Source: Candidatus Dojkabacteria bacterium
GTDB taxonomy: Bacteria; Patescibacteriota; Dojkabacteria; SC72
Direction of reading: 5' to 3'
DNA length: 64,000 nt
Assembly (NCBI GenBank): GCA_028694805.1
Contig: JAQVKD010000001.1
Coordinates: 25,549 to 89,548, forward strand
Part shown: in pieces, positions 49,038 through 58,178 of the stretch
Layout of the letters: each line of letters starts with the position of its first letter
Numbering within the stretch: position 1 is the first letter of the stretch
Position numbers and translations under genes: made by a program
The notes under the pieces: model-generated
Databases searched by the model: none
Seen by the model: the letters and a program-made list of their open reading frames with translations, nothing else
What the model was told of the DNA's origin: nothing

Positions 49038-50453
49038 CTAGTGTTTACCATTCTCTATCTGTAACTTCACACTTTTTTCTTTTAGTTTGACATTGATAAA
49101 AACTTTTTCTTGTTTTCCAGAAGAACCTCTTTTAACCAGTTCCACATTCTGATATTTTGTCATTAAACGAGTAAATTTAGCCTTTGTGAACGATTTATCC
49201 CCATTATTACTAATATACAAATCATATAACTTGTCTCTTGATATAACATTATCTTGACCTACCTGAAGATCAAAGATTTTTTCTTTAAAAATGTCTAATT
49301 CGTTTTCTTTTTCACTACTACTGTAATCATCCCATCTTTCTTTTGTCATATCATGATCATATGAAAACTTTCCTTTTGTCAGAAGTCTTTTTAACCCTAT
49401 AACTGCAAAATTTAAGAATCCTTCCATCTCTTCTTCTGTTGTTAATATGTTCATTATATCATGTGAATCACTTGAAAAATCAGTGGAAAAATTAAGTAAT
49501 ATTACCTTTTTCCACCATGCATCCGTATCATCACTAATTATAGGAAGACTATTGCATGAAAACATCAATTTAGCTTTATTTACAAATTGAAATTGCCTTT
49601 CGTGTTTTCTCTGAGCAGTGATATAGTCAAAACCTAAAAGTCTTTTAACTTCACCTGTTAAGTCAATCTTTTCAGAAGTTATGTCACTACATATATTAGC
49701 TTTCTTTCCATATAACATTGAACACTCGAATCTATCTTTTGACAATGATTGTAAACTTGACGATGATACATTATCAGAGCCACCAAGCATTTTTGTTATC
49801 AAACTAAATACTTTACTTTTTCTATTATGTCCACCTTCACCATGTATTATAACAAATTTATCATATTTATATTCAGGATATAGTGTATATCCTATGTATT
49901 CTTGAAGACATAAAAAGTCTTCATCATTTTCAACTGCTTCTCTTATGAATTTTTTAATCTCAGGACAGTTTGCACATTCGTTATAATTTATGTTAATCTT
50001 ATATAAAAAATTATAATCTGGATTATGAGGTTCCAATTTTAAGGTGTTTATGTCAAGAACTCCATTTTTAAGGTTTATTTTGTTGTTTGGTTCTATAAAG
50101 AACTTTCTCGGTAGAGTCTGAGGCTTTACCTTATCGAGAATAGATTTCCATATAACTCCGTTATAATGCTTTCCAAATATTTTGTCACACATTGATCTTA
50201 TATATTTATCTCCGTTTTCATGATAGTATCCATCAAAATATACAAACATTTCATCATTGTCCATCATGGTTTTAGAGTAGAATTTTGTTCTTATATGTAT
50301 GACAATATTATCAATCAAATTTTTAATGAATTCATTTCTATTTTTACTATCTAAATTGCTTATTTCTTCTTCGTAGCTTTTTATATTTTCCAAGAATATG
50401 CTTATATTATTAGATTCCATCAAAATCAGATATCCTCCATAACAATATGTCAC
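49038..50453 (-). CDS. D5/P4-family primase-helicase-like protein (SF3 helicase C-terminal domain)
   Basis: FVIIHGEGGHNRKS (degenerate Walker A), ICSDI (Walker B), LKRLLGFDYITAQRKHERQFQFVNKAKLMFSCNSLP (motif C Asn), DTDAWWKKVILLNFS. Confidence 0.6.
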   Translation of the reverse strand: MTYCYGGYLILMESNNISIFLENIKSYEEEISNLDSKNRNEFIKNLIDNIVIHIRTKFYSKTMMDNDEMFVYFDGYYHENGDKYIRSMCDKIFGKHYNGVIWKSILDKVKPQTLPRKFFIEPNNKINLKNGVLDINTLKLEPHNPDYNFLYKININYNECANCPEIKKFIREAVENDEDFLCLQEYIGYTLYPEYKYDKFVIIHGEGGHNRKSKVFSLITKMLGGSDNVSSSSLQSLSKDRFECSMLYGKKANICSDITSEKIDLTGEVKRLLGFDYITAQRKHERQFQFVNKAKLMFSCNSLPIISDDTDAWWKKVILLNFSTDFSSDSHDIMNILTTEEEMEGFLNFAVIGLKRLLTKGKFSYDHDMTKERWDDYSSSEKENELDIFKEKIFDLQVGQDNVISRDKLYDLYISNNGDKSFTKAKFTRLMTKYQNVELVKRGSSGKQEKVFINVKLKEKSVKLQIENGKH

Positions 50454-50467
50454 CTCCTTTTTCTATC

Positions 50468-51286
50468 TTAAAAATCAGTAATTAAAGTTTGATTTTCCAT
50501 AATTTTTGACATTTCCACTACTTCTATATATTCTGGGCATTCAATCCAATTATGATTCCAACAAATTATCATATCACATTTATCGATAGGATGTTCATGT
50601 ATCAAAAAATCATAAGATGTTCTTTCTATTTCTATATTAACTTTTGATGTTATATTGTTTCTTTTCCTTAGTGCCACTATATCTGGAAACTTATGAGGAT
50701 TTATTTCTGTAATAGATACTAAGCCAAGATTTTGAGAAATTTCACTCCACATTACTCCAATTATAAATAACATTTCCATTTCATAAAGATTGTCGGTAAT
50801 TTTCATTTTTTTATTTGTGATATATTCTTCTATGAATGCTCTTACATTATAGCTTCTGTTTTTTGTGTCTTTGAAAATATTTTCCATTATTCTATATACC
50901 ACGCTATTGTTTTTGTATATAAGCGAGTTGAAATATTCTTCTATTTTGTTGTTTACTTCATATCTATCAAGATAAATGTCTTTCTTCTTTGTAGAATTCA
51001 TTTTCAGTACTTTTAAAAGTATTTTTAAGTCATTTATAAAATCAGTGTCATCTCTCTCAGATTTGAGATTAAATAATGATACTTTCATTATTTCATATGC
51101 ACATCTTCCACATATTCTAAGACAATCCTCATCAGAGAATATTTTAGGATTTGATTTGTTATTATATACCCTCTTTTTAAGTTTATCTGAATAAACATCC
51201 CAAATATCTACGTTATAATCACTTCTATTACCACATAAATCACATTTGTCGTGAGATGAATGATATAATCCGTACATTTTAATCAC
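50468..51286 (-). CDS. Zn-ribbon plus possible PD-(D/E)xK nuclease-fold protein
   Basis: CDLCG...CGRCA near the N-terminus. C-terminal PDIVAL...NIEIER could be a D...ExK-type motif. Confidence 0.3.
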   Translation of the reverse strand: MIKMYGLYHSSHDKCDLCGNRSDYNVDIWDVYSDKLKKRVYNNKSNPKIFSDEDCLRICGRCAYEIMKVSLFNLKSERDDTDFINDLKILLKVLKMNSTKKKDIYLDRYEVNNKIEEYFNSLIYKNNSVVYRIMENIFKDTKNRSYNVRAFIEEYITNKKMKITDNLYEMEMLFIIGVMWSEISQNLGLVSITEINPHKFPDIVALRKRNNITSKVNIEIERTSYDFLIHEHPIDKCDMIICWNHNWIECPEYIEVVEMSKIMENQTLITDF

Positions 51287-51307
51287 TCTTTTAGCACTCT
51301 CTTGAAT

Positions 51308-51511
51308 CTATTCCACCTTTATTTTGTCTATCCCTTCCATTATAGCCATGTTAGCTATTTCTTGCATAGGTTTTCTGATACCTCTAAGAAGAAATTCAGC
51401 TTGTTTTCTCATAATGAGATTATGAGCATCATCGCTAACTATCACATGCTTATCTAACTTCTTATTATCATTATTTCCATTATTATTTACATTATCAATA
51501 TTATTTAACAT
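51308..51511 (-). CDS. small hypothetical protein (possible DNA-binding)
   Basis: 67 aa, N-terminal Asn-rich tail, then a helical region. Confidence 0.3.
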   Translation of the reverse strand: MLNNIDNVNNNGNNDNKKLDKHVIVSDDAHNLIMRKQAEFLLRGIRKPMQEIANMAIMEGIDKIKVE

Positions 51512-52123
51512 AGGTCACCTCCACTAATTTAATTTGATTAAAGCTTAAATACTCTTAAAACTATTTAAGGCTTGCGTTATTTTCATGTTCATTATATATA
51601 TATAATAGAGGTGGATAATAACAACGAGGTTTCTTGTTTTCCGGCGGGTTAGCGGTTAGAGTCAAATTAATAGCTCCATAGGCTTTGGATATAGGATGCA
51701 CTTAGTTTTGAAGACAGATTCTGACAACGTTTAGCCTATTTTTGAGTAACCCGTTACAAAGGCTTTAATAAAATATACTTTATATATTATTTAAATAAGT
51801 AAGATAGAACTCTATTCACTTGAGGAACCTGTTCTCACCTGTTATTCTCTTTGGAATACCATTTTCATTTATCATTTGATTACATAGAAATGTTCCAGTA
51901 CTTAGATATATTTTTCTAGTGTACATCTTTCTATACGGACTCATGCCAAAATATCGTGTTGAATATGTCATTTTTTCACTCTCTCTTTTATTCTCTTTTT
52001 TTCACACACTTTACTTCTTTATATTGGCAGATGAAATAGTTGGACGAGTGGGGATTCAAAAAAGAAACCATTTCATCTTTTGCCATAAAAAAATAAAGAA
52101 TTGAATGCAATATATTTATGATA

Positions 52124-52495
52124 CTATTCCTTTTTTTCTTTGATTGTTTTCTTCACATCTTTTACGAATTCTTTTACACAGGAATCTAACAATCCAAATT
52201 TAGATGTATCTGATGTTGAAAACACAACTACTGATTCCTGAGACGAAGCAAGGTCTAGACCACATATTATAAATTTGCTGACATTAGAATATGCAAAATA
52301 TACATCAATTCCTCGAATTATAGCTTTAGCAACATGTCTTTCTAATATATCCGGACTGATCTCTCGATGTTCGGATGAAGATAGATGTATCACATATTCA
52401 CGATCATCTATCTTTACAAATTCATCGTTTTCGTCCATTTCTATCATTTCTGTGTTCTTTGTATCATTTATAAACAGACTTCTTGTTATCTTCAT
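52124..52495 (-). CDS. hypothetical protein
   Basis: 123 aa. Confidence 0.4.
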   Translation of the reverse strand: MKITRSLFINDTKNTEMIEMDENDEFVKIDDREYVIHLSSSEHREISPDILERHVAKAIIRGIDVYFAYSNVSKFIICGLDLASSQESVVVFSTSDTSKFGLLDSCVKEFVKDVKKTIKEKKE

Positions 52496-52549
52496 TGTTG
52501 ATCACCTCACATTGAATTTTTCTGCGACGACTTGATGATATTTTCCCTT

Positions 52550-52951
52550 TTATTTTGCTTTTATATCTAATAGCCATTTGTTCATTAAATCACATGTTCC
52601 AGGATCACAATCCATAACACACCCAGTGCACGGTGAAAATCTTCCACTATCTGAAAGCAGTGCATAGAATTTTGTTTGATTGACAAATTTACTGTTGTTA
52701 ATGTCACACTTTTCAACCATATATGTTCCCCCTTTGACTTTTCTTCTTTTTATAAGTCCGTTGTCTTCAAGGACTTTCATTAATTCAGAACAGTATCTTC
52801 TTTTGATTCCTAGTTCTTTCCAAATATTACTCTGAAGAGCAGGTAGCATTATTAATAGCTTTTCTTCTAAATCAGCTTTAATTCTTTTTCTGTCAGCTTT
52901 CGAAACGTTGCATGCTCCTTTCTTCGGTTTTGGAATCCTTGTTTTTTTCAT
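52550..52951 (-). CDS. winged-helix transcription regulator with C-terminal Cys cluster
   Basis: NIWKELGIKRRYCSELMKVLEDNGLIKRRKVKGGTYMVE is a winged-helix HTH. CTGCVMDCDPGTCD. Confidence 0.5.
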   Translation of the reverse strand: MKKTRIPKPKKGACNVSKADRKRIKADLEEKLLIMLPALQSNIWKELGIKRRYCSELMKVLEDNGLIKRRKVKGGTYMVEKCDINNSKFVNQTKFYALLSDSGRFSPCTGCVMDCDPGTCDLMNKWLLDIKAK

Positions 52952-53115
52952 TATTTTTATTTTCTCCTTATTTTTTTATTTTATATTTTTCATTTTTTAT
53001 TGTAATGTTTGCATTTACTACTTTTAGTTATTTCGCTTATATTGTTACAGTTTACGCATTTATATTTACACATAAAATTCTCCTTCAAAAATATAGAATG
53101 GAGTTTAGAACTCCA

Positions 53116-54915
53116 TCATTTTTGAGAATCTATTCTCTTCAGCTCATCACACATCTGAGTACATGCTGTTTTCAAATCTACCCCGTCAAACGGAGTTACA
53201 GCCGCAACCACTCCAATGCTTCCTATTGATACTACACGATACTTTTTATTACTTGGTGGAGATTGAGTTACAGTTATCGTGAATATATTACTTGTGATTG
53301 ATTTGTCTAGGTTCGAGCATGTAATATTCGCAGTTCCCACGCCATTTCCAGTAACTACTCCATTAGTAACCGATGCTATGTTAGTATTATCACTGTTCCA
53401 TGCTAATGAAGGACATTTCATCACAACATCATTTGTGTTTTTACATGTAGGTGTAAGGGTAATCGTATTTCCAATCACTACTGATCCCTCACTTGGAATT
53501 GATATTGACTTCAGGACTGGTGGTAGTGGAGCTGCTGTTACTGTTACAGAACATATATTACTTGTGATTATATTACTTGAGTTCGAACATGTTATATTAG
53601 CAATTCCTTCAGTATTCCCAGTGACAACACCATTTAAAACCGATGCTATACTTGTATTATCACTTTTCCATGTCAATGAAGGACAATTCATTATACTATT
53701 ATTGCTATCTTTACATGTTGCTGTTAAGTTAACAGTTAATCCTGCTTGAACATTTGCACTGGAAGGTATTGTTATTGATGATAACACTGGAGCTGGATTA
53801 TCTCCAACTGCGTTTACTGCATCTATTCTTCCATATCCATAGAAAACATCTCTTCCTGTCTGTCCAAGATCTATTGAAGTAGTACTTAATATTGTCTTTA
53901 CATCGTTAGGACTTAGTGTTGGATTGGCTTTTAGCATCAAAGCAACCATTCCTGACACATGAGGTGTTGCCATTGATGTTCCATTTAGAGTATTATATCC
54001 TGACGGATTACATAATGGACACGTTCCCTTTGGAACAGTTGACAAAACATTGGAACCTGGAGCAGCTACCCACAACTCTTGACCTGTACTTGAAAACGAA
54101 CTTCTATTATCGTTTACATCTGTAGATGCAACTGCTATTACACTGTCATATTTGGCTGGATATCCGATAGTATTCTGAGTTCCGTTTCCATCAGAATTTC
54201 CTGCTGCAGCTACTAATACTATTCCCGCATTCTTAGCAGCATCACATATATCTTTAAGAGCTTGACTGTAAGTTCCACCACCAAAGCTCATGCTTATGAT
54301 TTGAGCGTTGTTATCTATAGCCCACTGTATTCCTGCTACAATCCAGTCATAACTTCCTGAACCATTATTATCAAGAACTTTTCCTATTATTAAATCTGCT
54401 TCAGGAGCTACACCAATAACTCCCACAGAATTGTCTTCTGCTGCTATAGTTCCCGCAACATGTGTTCCATGCCCATATCCATCGAATGGATTGTTTGATC
54501 CATCTACAAAATTACGTCCAAATTTGTAATTGTTTTTCAAGTCTTCATGGTTGTAATCTATTCCAGTGTCTAGAATACACACCTTTATTCCAGATCCTTT
54601 ATTTCCATTTTCCTGGACTTGGAGTGCTCGAATCTTACTTATTCCCCACGGAATCGTCTGAGATGATGGAGATACTGAAAGAGTCATGTCACTTTCAAAC
54701 CCCAACACATGAACATCATCTGGTGTTGTGACCTCTACATATTCCATTTGAGAATTTTTCTTTAATTGCTCGATTTTATTTTTATCTACTACGATGGTCA
54801 ATGCATCAATAGATTCATGCACCATCACAATAGATGCACCTACATCACCAACTATGTTTTCACATACAGCCATTCCACTTTTACATTTTACAATTGCTTT
54901 TACTGTTTCTGCCAT
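53116..54915 (-). CDS. subtilisin-like serine protease (S8) with two C-terminal Big_2-like domains
   Basis: Catalytic triad contexts VCILDTGID, HGTHVAGTIAA, GTSMATPHVSG. Two 80-aa repeats IxIPSxxxVxxGxTxxLTxTCKxxNxxxMxCPSLxW. Confidence 0.85.
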   Translation of the reverse strand: MAETVKAIVKCKSGMAVCENIVGDVGASIVMVHESIDALTIVVDKNKIEQLKKNSQMEYVEVTTPDDVHVLGFESDMTLSVSPSSQTIPWGISKIRALQVQENGNKGSGIKVCILDTGIDYNHEDLKNNYKFGRNFVDGSNNPFDGYGHGTHVAGTIAAEDNSVGVIGVAPEADLIIGKVLDNNGSGSYDWIVAGIQWAIDNNAQIISMSFGGGTYSQALKDICDAAKNAGIVLVAAAGNSDGNGTQNTIGYPAKYDSVIAVASTDVNDNRSSFSSTGQELWVAAPGSNVLSTVPKGTCPLCNPSGYNTLNGTSMATPHVSGMVALMLKANPTLSPNDVKTILSTTSIDLGQTGRDVFYGYGRIDAVNAVGDNPAPVLSSITIPSSANVQAGLTVNLTATCKDSNNSIMNCPSLTWKSDNTSIASVLNGVVTGNTEGIANITCSNSSNIITSNICSVTVTAAPLPPVLKSISIPSEGSVVIGNTITLTPTCKNTNDVVMKCPSLAWNSDNTNIASVTNGVVTGNGVGTANITCSNLDKSITSNIFTITVTQSPPSNKKYRVVSIGSIGVVAAVTPFDGVDLKTACTQMCDELKRIDSQK

Positions 54916-54933
54916 TTAATTTCCTCCTTCTAT

Positions 54934-55193
54934 TTAATTAGACCTTGATGAACTTCCGCCCTTTCTTCCTATTCTTTGATAGAATTCTCTTCCATACCTT
55001 ATTTTAGTTACTTCACCACCTTTATGTCCATTAATAGACAGCTTTTCATGTAGTTCATCAGAAATTCCATACTTTCGAAGATTCTTAGCACGTGTATTTC
55101 CTCCTTTTTTTCCTATCTCTCTAAAGAATTCACTATCGTGCGTATCTCTTGTTTTTTCTCCGCCTTTTTTCCTGCTTCTTGTACTGTTATCAT
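54934..55193 (-). pseudogene. GsiB/KGG-repeat stress-protein homolog interrupted by a -1 frameshift at an A6 run (A_AAA_AAG)
   Basis: 0-frame gives MITVQEAGKKAEKKQEIRTIVNSLER*. The -1 frame continues KKGGEKTRDTHDSEFFREIGKKGGNTRAKN...GHKGGEVT...GRKGGSSSRSN, which is the HDxEF..EIGxKGG repeat of GsiB. Confidence 0.55.
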
Positions 55194-55228
55194 TTCTTTT
55201 AGGTTCCTCCTTTGGTTAATTTATCGAT

Positions 55229-55765
55229 TCATTTTTCATCATTTAATTTGAAAATTTTGTCAAGTCTTCTGTTAAGATCTTCTTTACCTTTCAATTCATC
55301 ATAAGTTTCGTTCTTTTTCGTTGAATCAATCGTAATCGATGGTTTCTTAATATCTATCTCTGTTTTATCTCTTTTGTATTTTATTTCGAAATTGCTTATT
55401 AAATCAGTAACTTCTTCTTTTGTTACATATTTATTATCAATATCACCGATTACTTCTTCGTAAATAGCTTTTATGACAGAATTGTTATTTGACTTGACCA
55501 TCATGTTTAGTCTTTGCTCTGTTTTTTGTTCTAAGTCTTTTATAATTTCACTTTTTATTCTGTCAATATATTCATTTGCCATTTCTTCAATTTTCTTACT
55601 AATAATTTCATCAATTTCAGACTTATTTTTTGTTCTATGTTTCCAACCTAATATAATTTGATTAACTAAATCACTTTTTGTTGTTCCTGTGTAATTTGCC
55701 TCCATTTCTAATATTCTATTTGTTTCATCATCTGTTCTAAACCTAATTACACTTTCTTTTGTCAT
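55229..55765 (-). CDS. RHH-like DNA-binding protein with charged helical C-terminal region
   Basis: VIRFRTDDETNRILEMEANYTGTTKSDLVNQIIL has RHH topology. Confidence 0.4.
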   Translation of the reverse strand: MTKESVIRFRTDDETNRILEMEANYTGTTKSDLVNQIILGWKHRTKNKSEIDEIISKKIEEMANEYIDRIKSEIIKDLEQKTEQRLNMMVKSNNNSVIKAIYEEVIGDIDNKYVTKEEVTDLISNFEIKYKRDKTEIDIKKPSITIDSTKKNETYDELKGKEDLNRRLDKIFKLNDEK

Positions 55766-55799
55766 TTTAATTTCCTATTTTTATAACTTTGTAAAAATC

Positions 55800-55890
55800 T
55801 TTTAGACCACGAAAGGCTACAAACGTGGTTTATCAGACCACAAACGTAGACAATCGTCTACGTTCTTTTTTAAATTTTTTAGACTTTATT
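55800..55890. promoter_or_regulatory. palindromes and direct repeats (ACAAACGTGG / ACAAACGTAG; acgtagac-aat-gtctacgt) upstream of the RHH gene
   Basis: accacgaaaggctacaaacgtggt hairpin, direct repeat cacaaacgt x2, and an 8-bp perfect IR followed by a plus-strand T-run. Confidence 0.35.
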
Positions 55891-56026
55891 TTTTCTATAT
55901 TGTAATGTCATCTGCGCTATTTTCCATCCCAAATAACTTCCTATTCCTGCTGAGATAGAAATCCACAACAGGAATAAGATATATGAAACTTGTTCATTCA
56001 TACTTTCTTCTTTAGTAATACTGTAT

Positions 56027-56548
56027 TTATATTATGCTTATATTTGAACTGGCGAATGCTGTTGCACTTGAGTTTCCACTAGTTGATACACTCGAAGAAT
56101 TCATTCTTTCTATTGTTTTATTTTGGTTGAAGTAATAGTTTGTAGTTGTATTCGTATCGTTGTTTGATTGAACTGATTTTGCATAGCATAATGATGCATT
56201 TACACTGCTTTCCATAACCAAGCCTTGAATAATCAACTGCTTTCCAGATACTGTTATCTTTTCACCTGGAACACACCAACCAGGACTTGCAGGAATTAAT
56301 GCTTCTGAACTTTTATTGTTCTCTGTGGATGTAGACAGATTAGAGCTAGTATTGGATTTATATGTAGCGTTTTGACTTATTTTAGTTACTGGAAGTGAAT
56401 CATTCACTAATTCTTTTGTTGTCACAGTCGATACTGGAGTACTTGTAATAACAAGACTATTATTCTTCGCATTATTATCTACACATCCTGACAAGAGTAA
56501 TAATCCTGCTACCAACAGTGCCGTGGCTATTATGGTTTTATTTTTCAT
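56027..56548 (-). CDS. secreted Ser/Thr-rich lipoprotein-like protein
   Basis: Signal peptide with lipobox-like LLLSGC. AAGGAGG SD. Confidence 0.6.
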   Translation of the reverse strand: MKNKTIIATALLVAGLLLLSGCVDNNAKNNSLVITSTPVSTVTTKELVNDSLPVTKISQNATYKSNTSSNLSTSTENNKSSEALIPASPGWCVPGEKITVSGKQLIIQGLVMESSVNASLCYAKSVQSNNDTNTTTNYYFNQNKTIERMNSSSVSTSGNSSATAFASSNISII

Positions 56549-56563
56549 GTTTTTAATTCCTCC

Positions 56564-56812
56564 TTATTTAAATTTTAATTTATATTGAAGCTTTAATCTT
56601 CTATTTTCAATTTTTGTTGTTATTAATAATGCAGCTATTAAGTTTATTGGACCAAATAATGCAAAAAATATACTGTCTCTCATGTCCTGTTTGTAGTGTT
56701 CTTCTGCAAGCCTTGGATATTTATATTGAAAGTATCCAAAGTACATTCCATGAGATAGTATCCCTGATGCTATCCATATTATTGCTATTACAATCAAGAT
56801 TAGAGTGTTCAC
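56564..56812 (-). CDS. small membrane protein
   Basis: Two TM helices. Confidence 0.45.
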   Translation of the reverse strand: MNTLILIVIAIIWIASGILSHGMYFGYFQYKYPRLAEEHYKQDMRDSIFFALFGPINLIAALLITTKIENRRLKLQYKLKFK

Positions 56813-56831
56813 TTTATCTCCTCCCTATTTG

Positions 56832-57317
56832 TTATTCTTCTTGTTTCCTCATTATTCTCTTTACCGTTTTTATCAATAGGAAAATTACAAATGCAATGAT
56901 TATTATTACCGTACCAAGACCGACCATTTGAATTGTTGATATGTCTCTTTGAATAGATGTTGAACTTTTGTCTTCAGCATACCACGTATATAATATAGTC
57001 CTTCCGTCAAGAGTTGCTATTGCCAGAACTTTGGATTCGGGATATCGATTTCCATTGCTATCTAATGGTCTTATTATAGTGAAAGTGATTTTTGAATTGT
57101 TTATTACTCCATCAAAGTATATTCTTCCCTGGTCTAATGTTAGGTTATTATTACTGTCAACTGTATAATATTGTTCTGTATATATTAAACGACCAGTTTG
57201 TCCTTTAGTATCGAGATATATATCTTTTTGTTGTGGCTCTATTGCTGTTACCATTATTGGAATCAACAGTAACACTGTCATTGCTGTTAATATATTGATC
57301 CTCGTCCTATTAATCAT
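56832..57317 (-). CDS. membrane protein with N- and C-terminal TM segments
   Basis: N-terminal signal or anchor, C-terminal TM plus a basic tail KTVKRIMRKQEE. Confidence 0.5.
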   Translation of the reverse strand: MINRTRINILTAMTVLLLIPIMVTAIEPQQKDIYLDTKGQTGRLIYTEQYYTVDSNNNLTLDQGRIYFDGVINNSKITFTIIRPLDSNGNRYPESKVLAIATLDGRTILYTWYAEDKSSTSIQRDISTIQMVGLGTVIIIIAFVIFLLIKTVKRIMRKQEE

Positions 57318-57475
57318 TTTTCAATCACTCCTTTATTTTCCTATTATTTATGCTTTAAAATGTATTTATCAAGTAAATAATAACCTACTGCTGTTAAAAG
57401 AATGACAATAATCCCAACAAAATACGGAAATGCTGAACTTTCTGTTATTGATGCCATTGTTTAATTTCTCCTTAT

Positions 57476-58147
57476 CTATAGATGAAGGAAATCCAATACC
57501 ATCTGTATTAATGATGGTGATTTACTTGATTCATCTAAAGATATTCCATAATCCATATCTGAACTGTTTGATGCTGAGATAGTTTCATTAATTTTTTGTA
57601 TATTTATTGATTCATTTACATTGACTAATACACTGCTAATGTTAGAGAAATTACTGAAATTGAGAGATTGTATTGATGTTCCGTTGACATCCATATTTTC
57701 ATTGTATGTTTGAGGTGTTCCATGAACGACTATTGTCTGAATTCCAGAAGGTAATTTATTTAGCTCGTTTAACGTAGAAGTAAAGAAATTATTGGTGTTG
57801 ATATTTTGTGTGTTAGTCGACGATGTTGTAACACCGTTCACTGTAGTTGTTTTAACTACATTGCCTGGTGATTGTGAAACTGCATTTGAATTTGATATTA
57901 TTGTTTCACCTTTTTTAGCATTGCTTGAGCTTTCTGATATTGCTACTCCGCCTTTAGTAGAGTCAGCATTTGAATTTGAAATTGCCACACCATCACCAGT
58001 AGCCCGTGAGCTAGAAATTGCTATTGATGTTCCTCCGTTTGAAGAAGATGCTGTAGAACTTGAACTCGAACTTGCTGCTATTGCTACTGATATTGTTACT
58101 AACATCACAACAGCTATAGATGTTAAATACATTTTTATTTTATTCAT
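57476..58147 (-). CDS. secreted Ser-rich protein
   Basis: Start MNKIKMYLTSIAVVMLV (signal peptide) with GGAGGA SD. The track start at 58189 looks like an extension. Confidence 0.55.
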   Translation of the reverse strand: MNKIKMYLTSIAVVMLVTISVAIAASSSSSSTASSSNGGTSIAISSSRATGDGVAISNSNADSTKGGVAISESSSNAKKGETIISNSNAVSQSPGNVVKTTTVNGVTTSSTNTQNINTNNFFTSTLNELNKLPSGIQTIVVHGTPQTYNENMDVNGTSIQSLNFSNFSNISSVLVNVNESINIQKINETISASNSSDMDYGISLDESSKSPSLIQMVLDFLHL

Positions 58148-58178
58148 TTTATGTTCCTCCCTTATTATGTTGTCTTGT

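Noticed and set aside
51540-51920. Possible ncRNA or tRNA in the 400-bp gap containing ccggcgggttagcggttagagtc
   Set aside because: The island is GC-rich but has no cloverleaf or other recognisable RNA-family motif by eye. Left unannotated.
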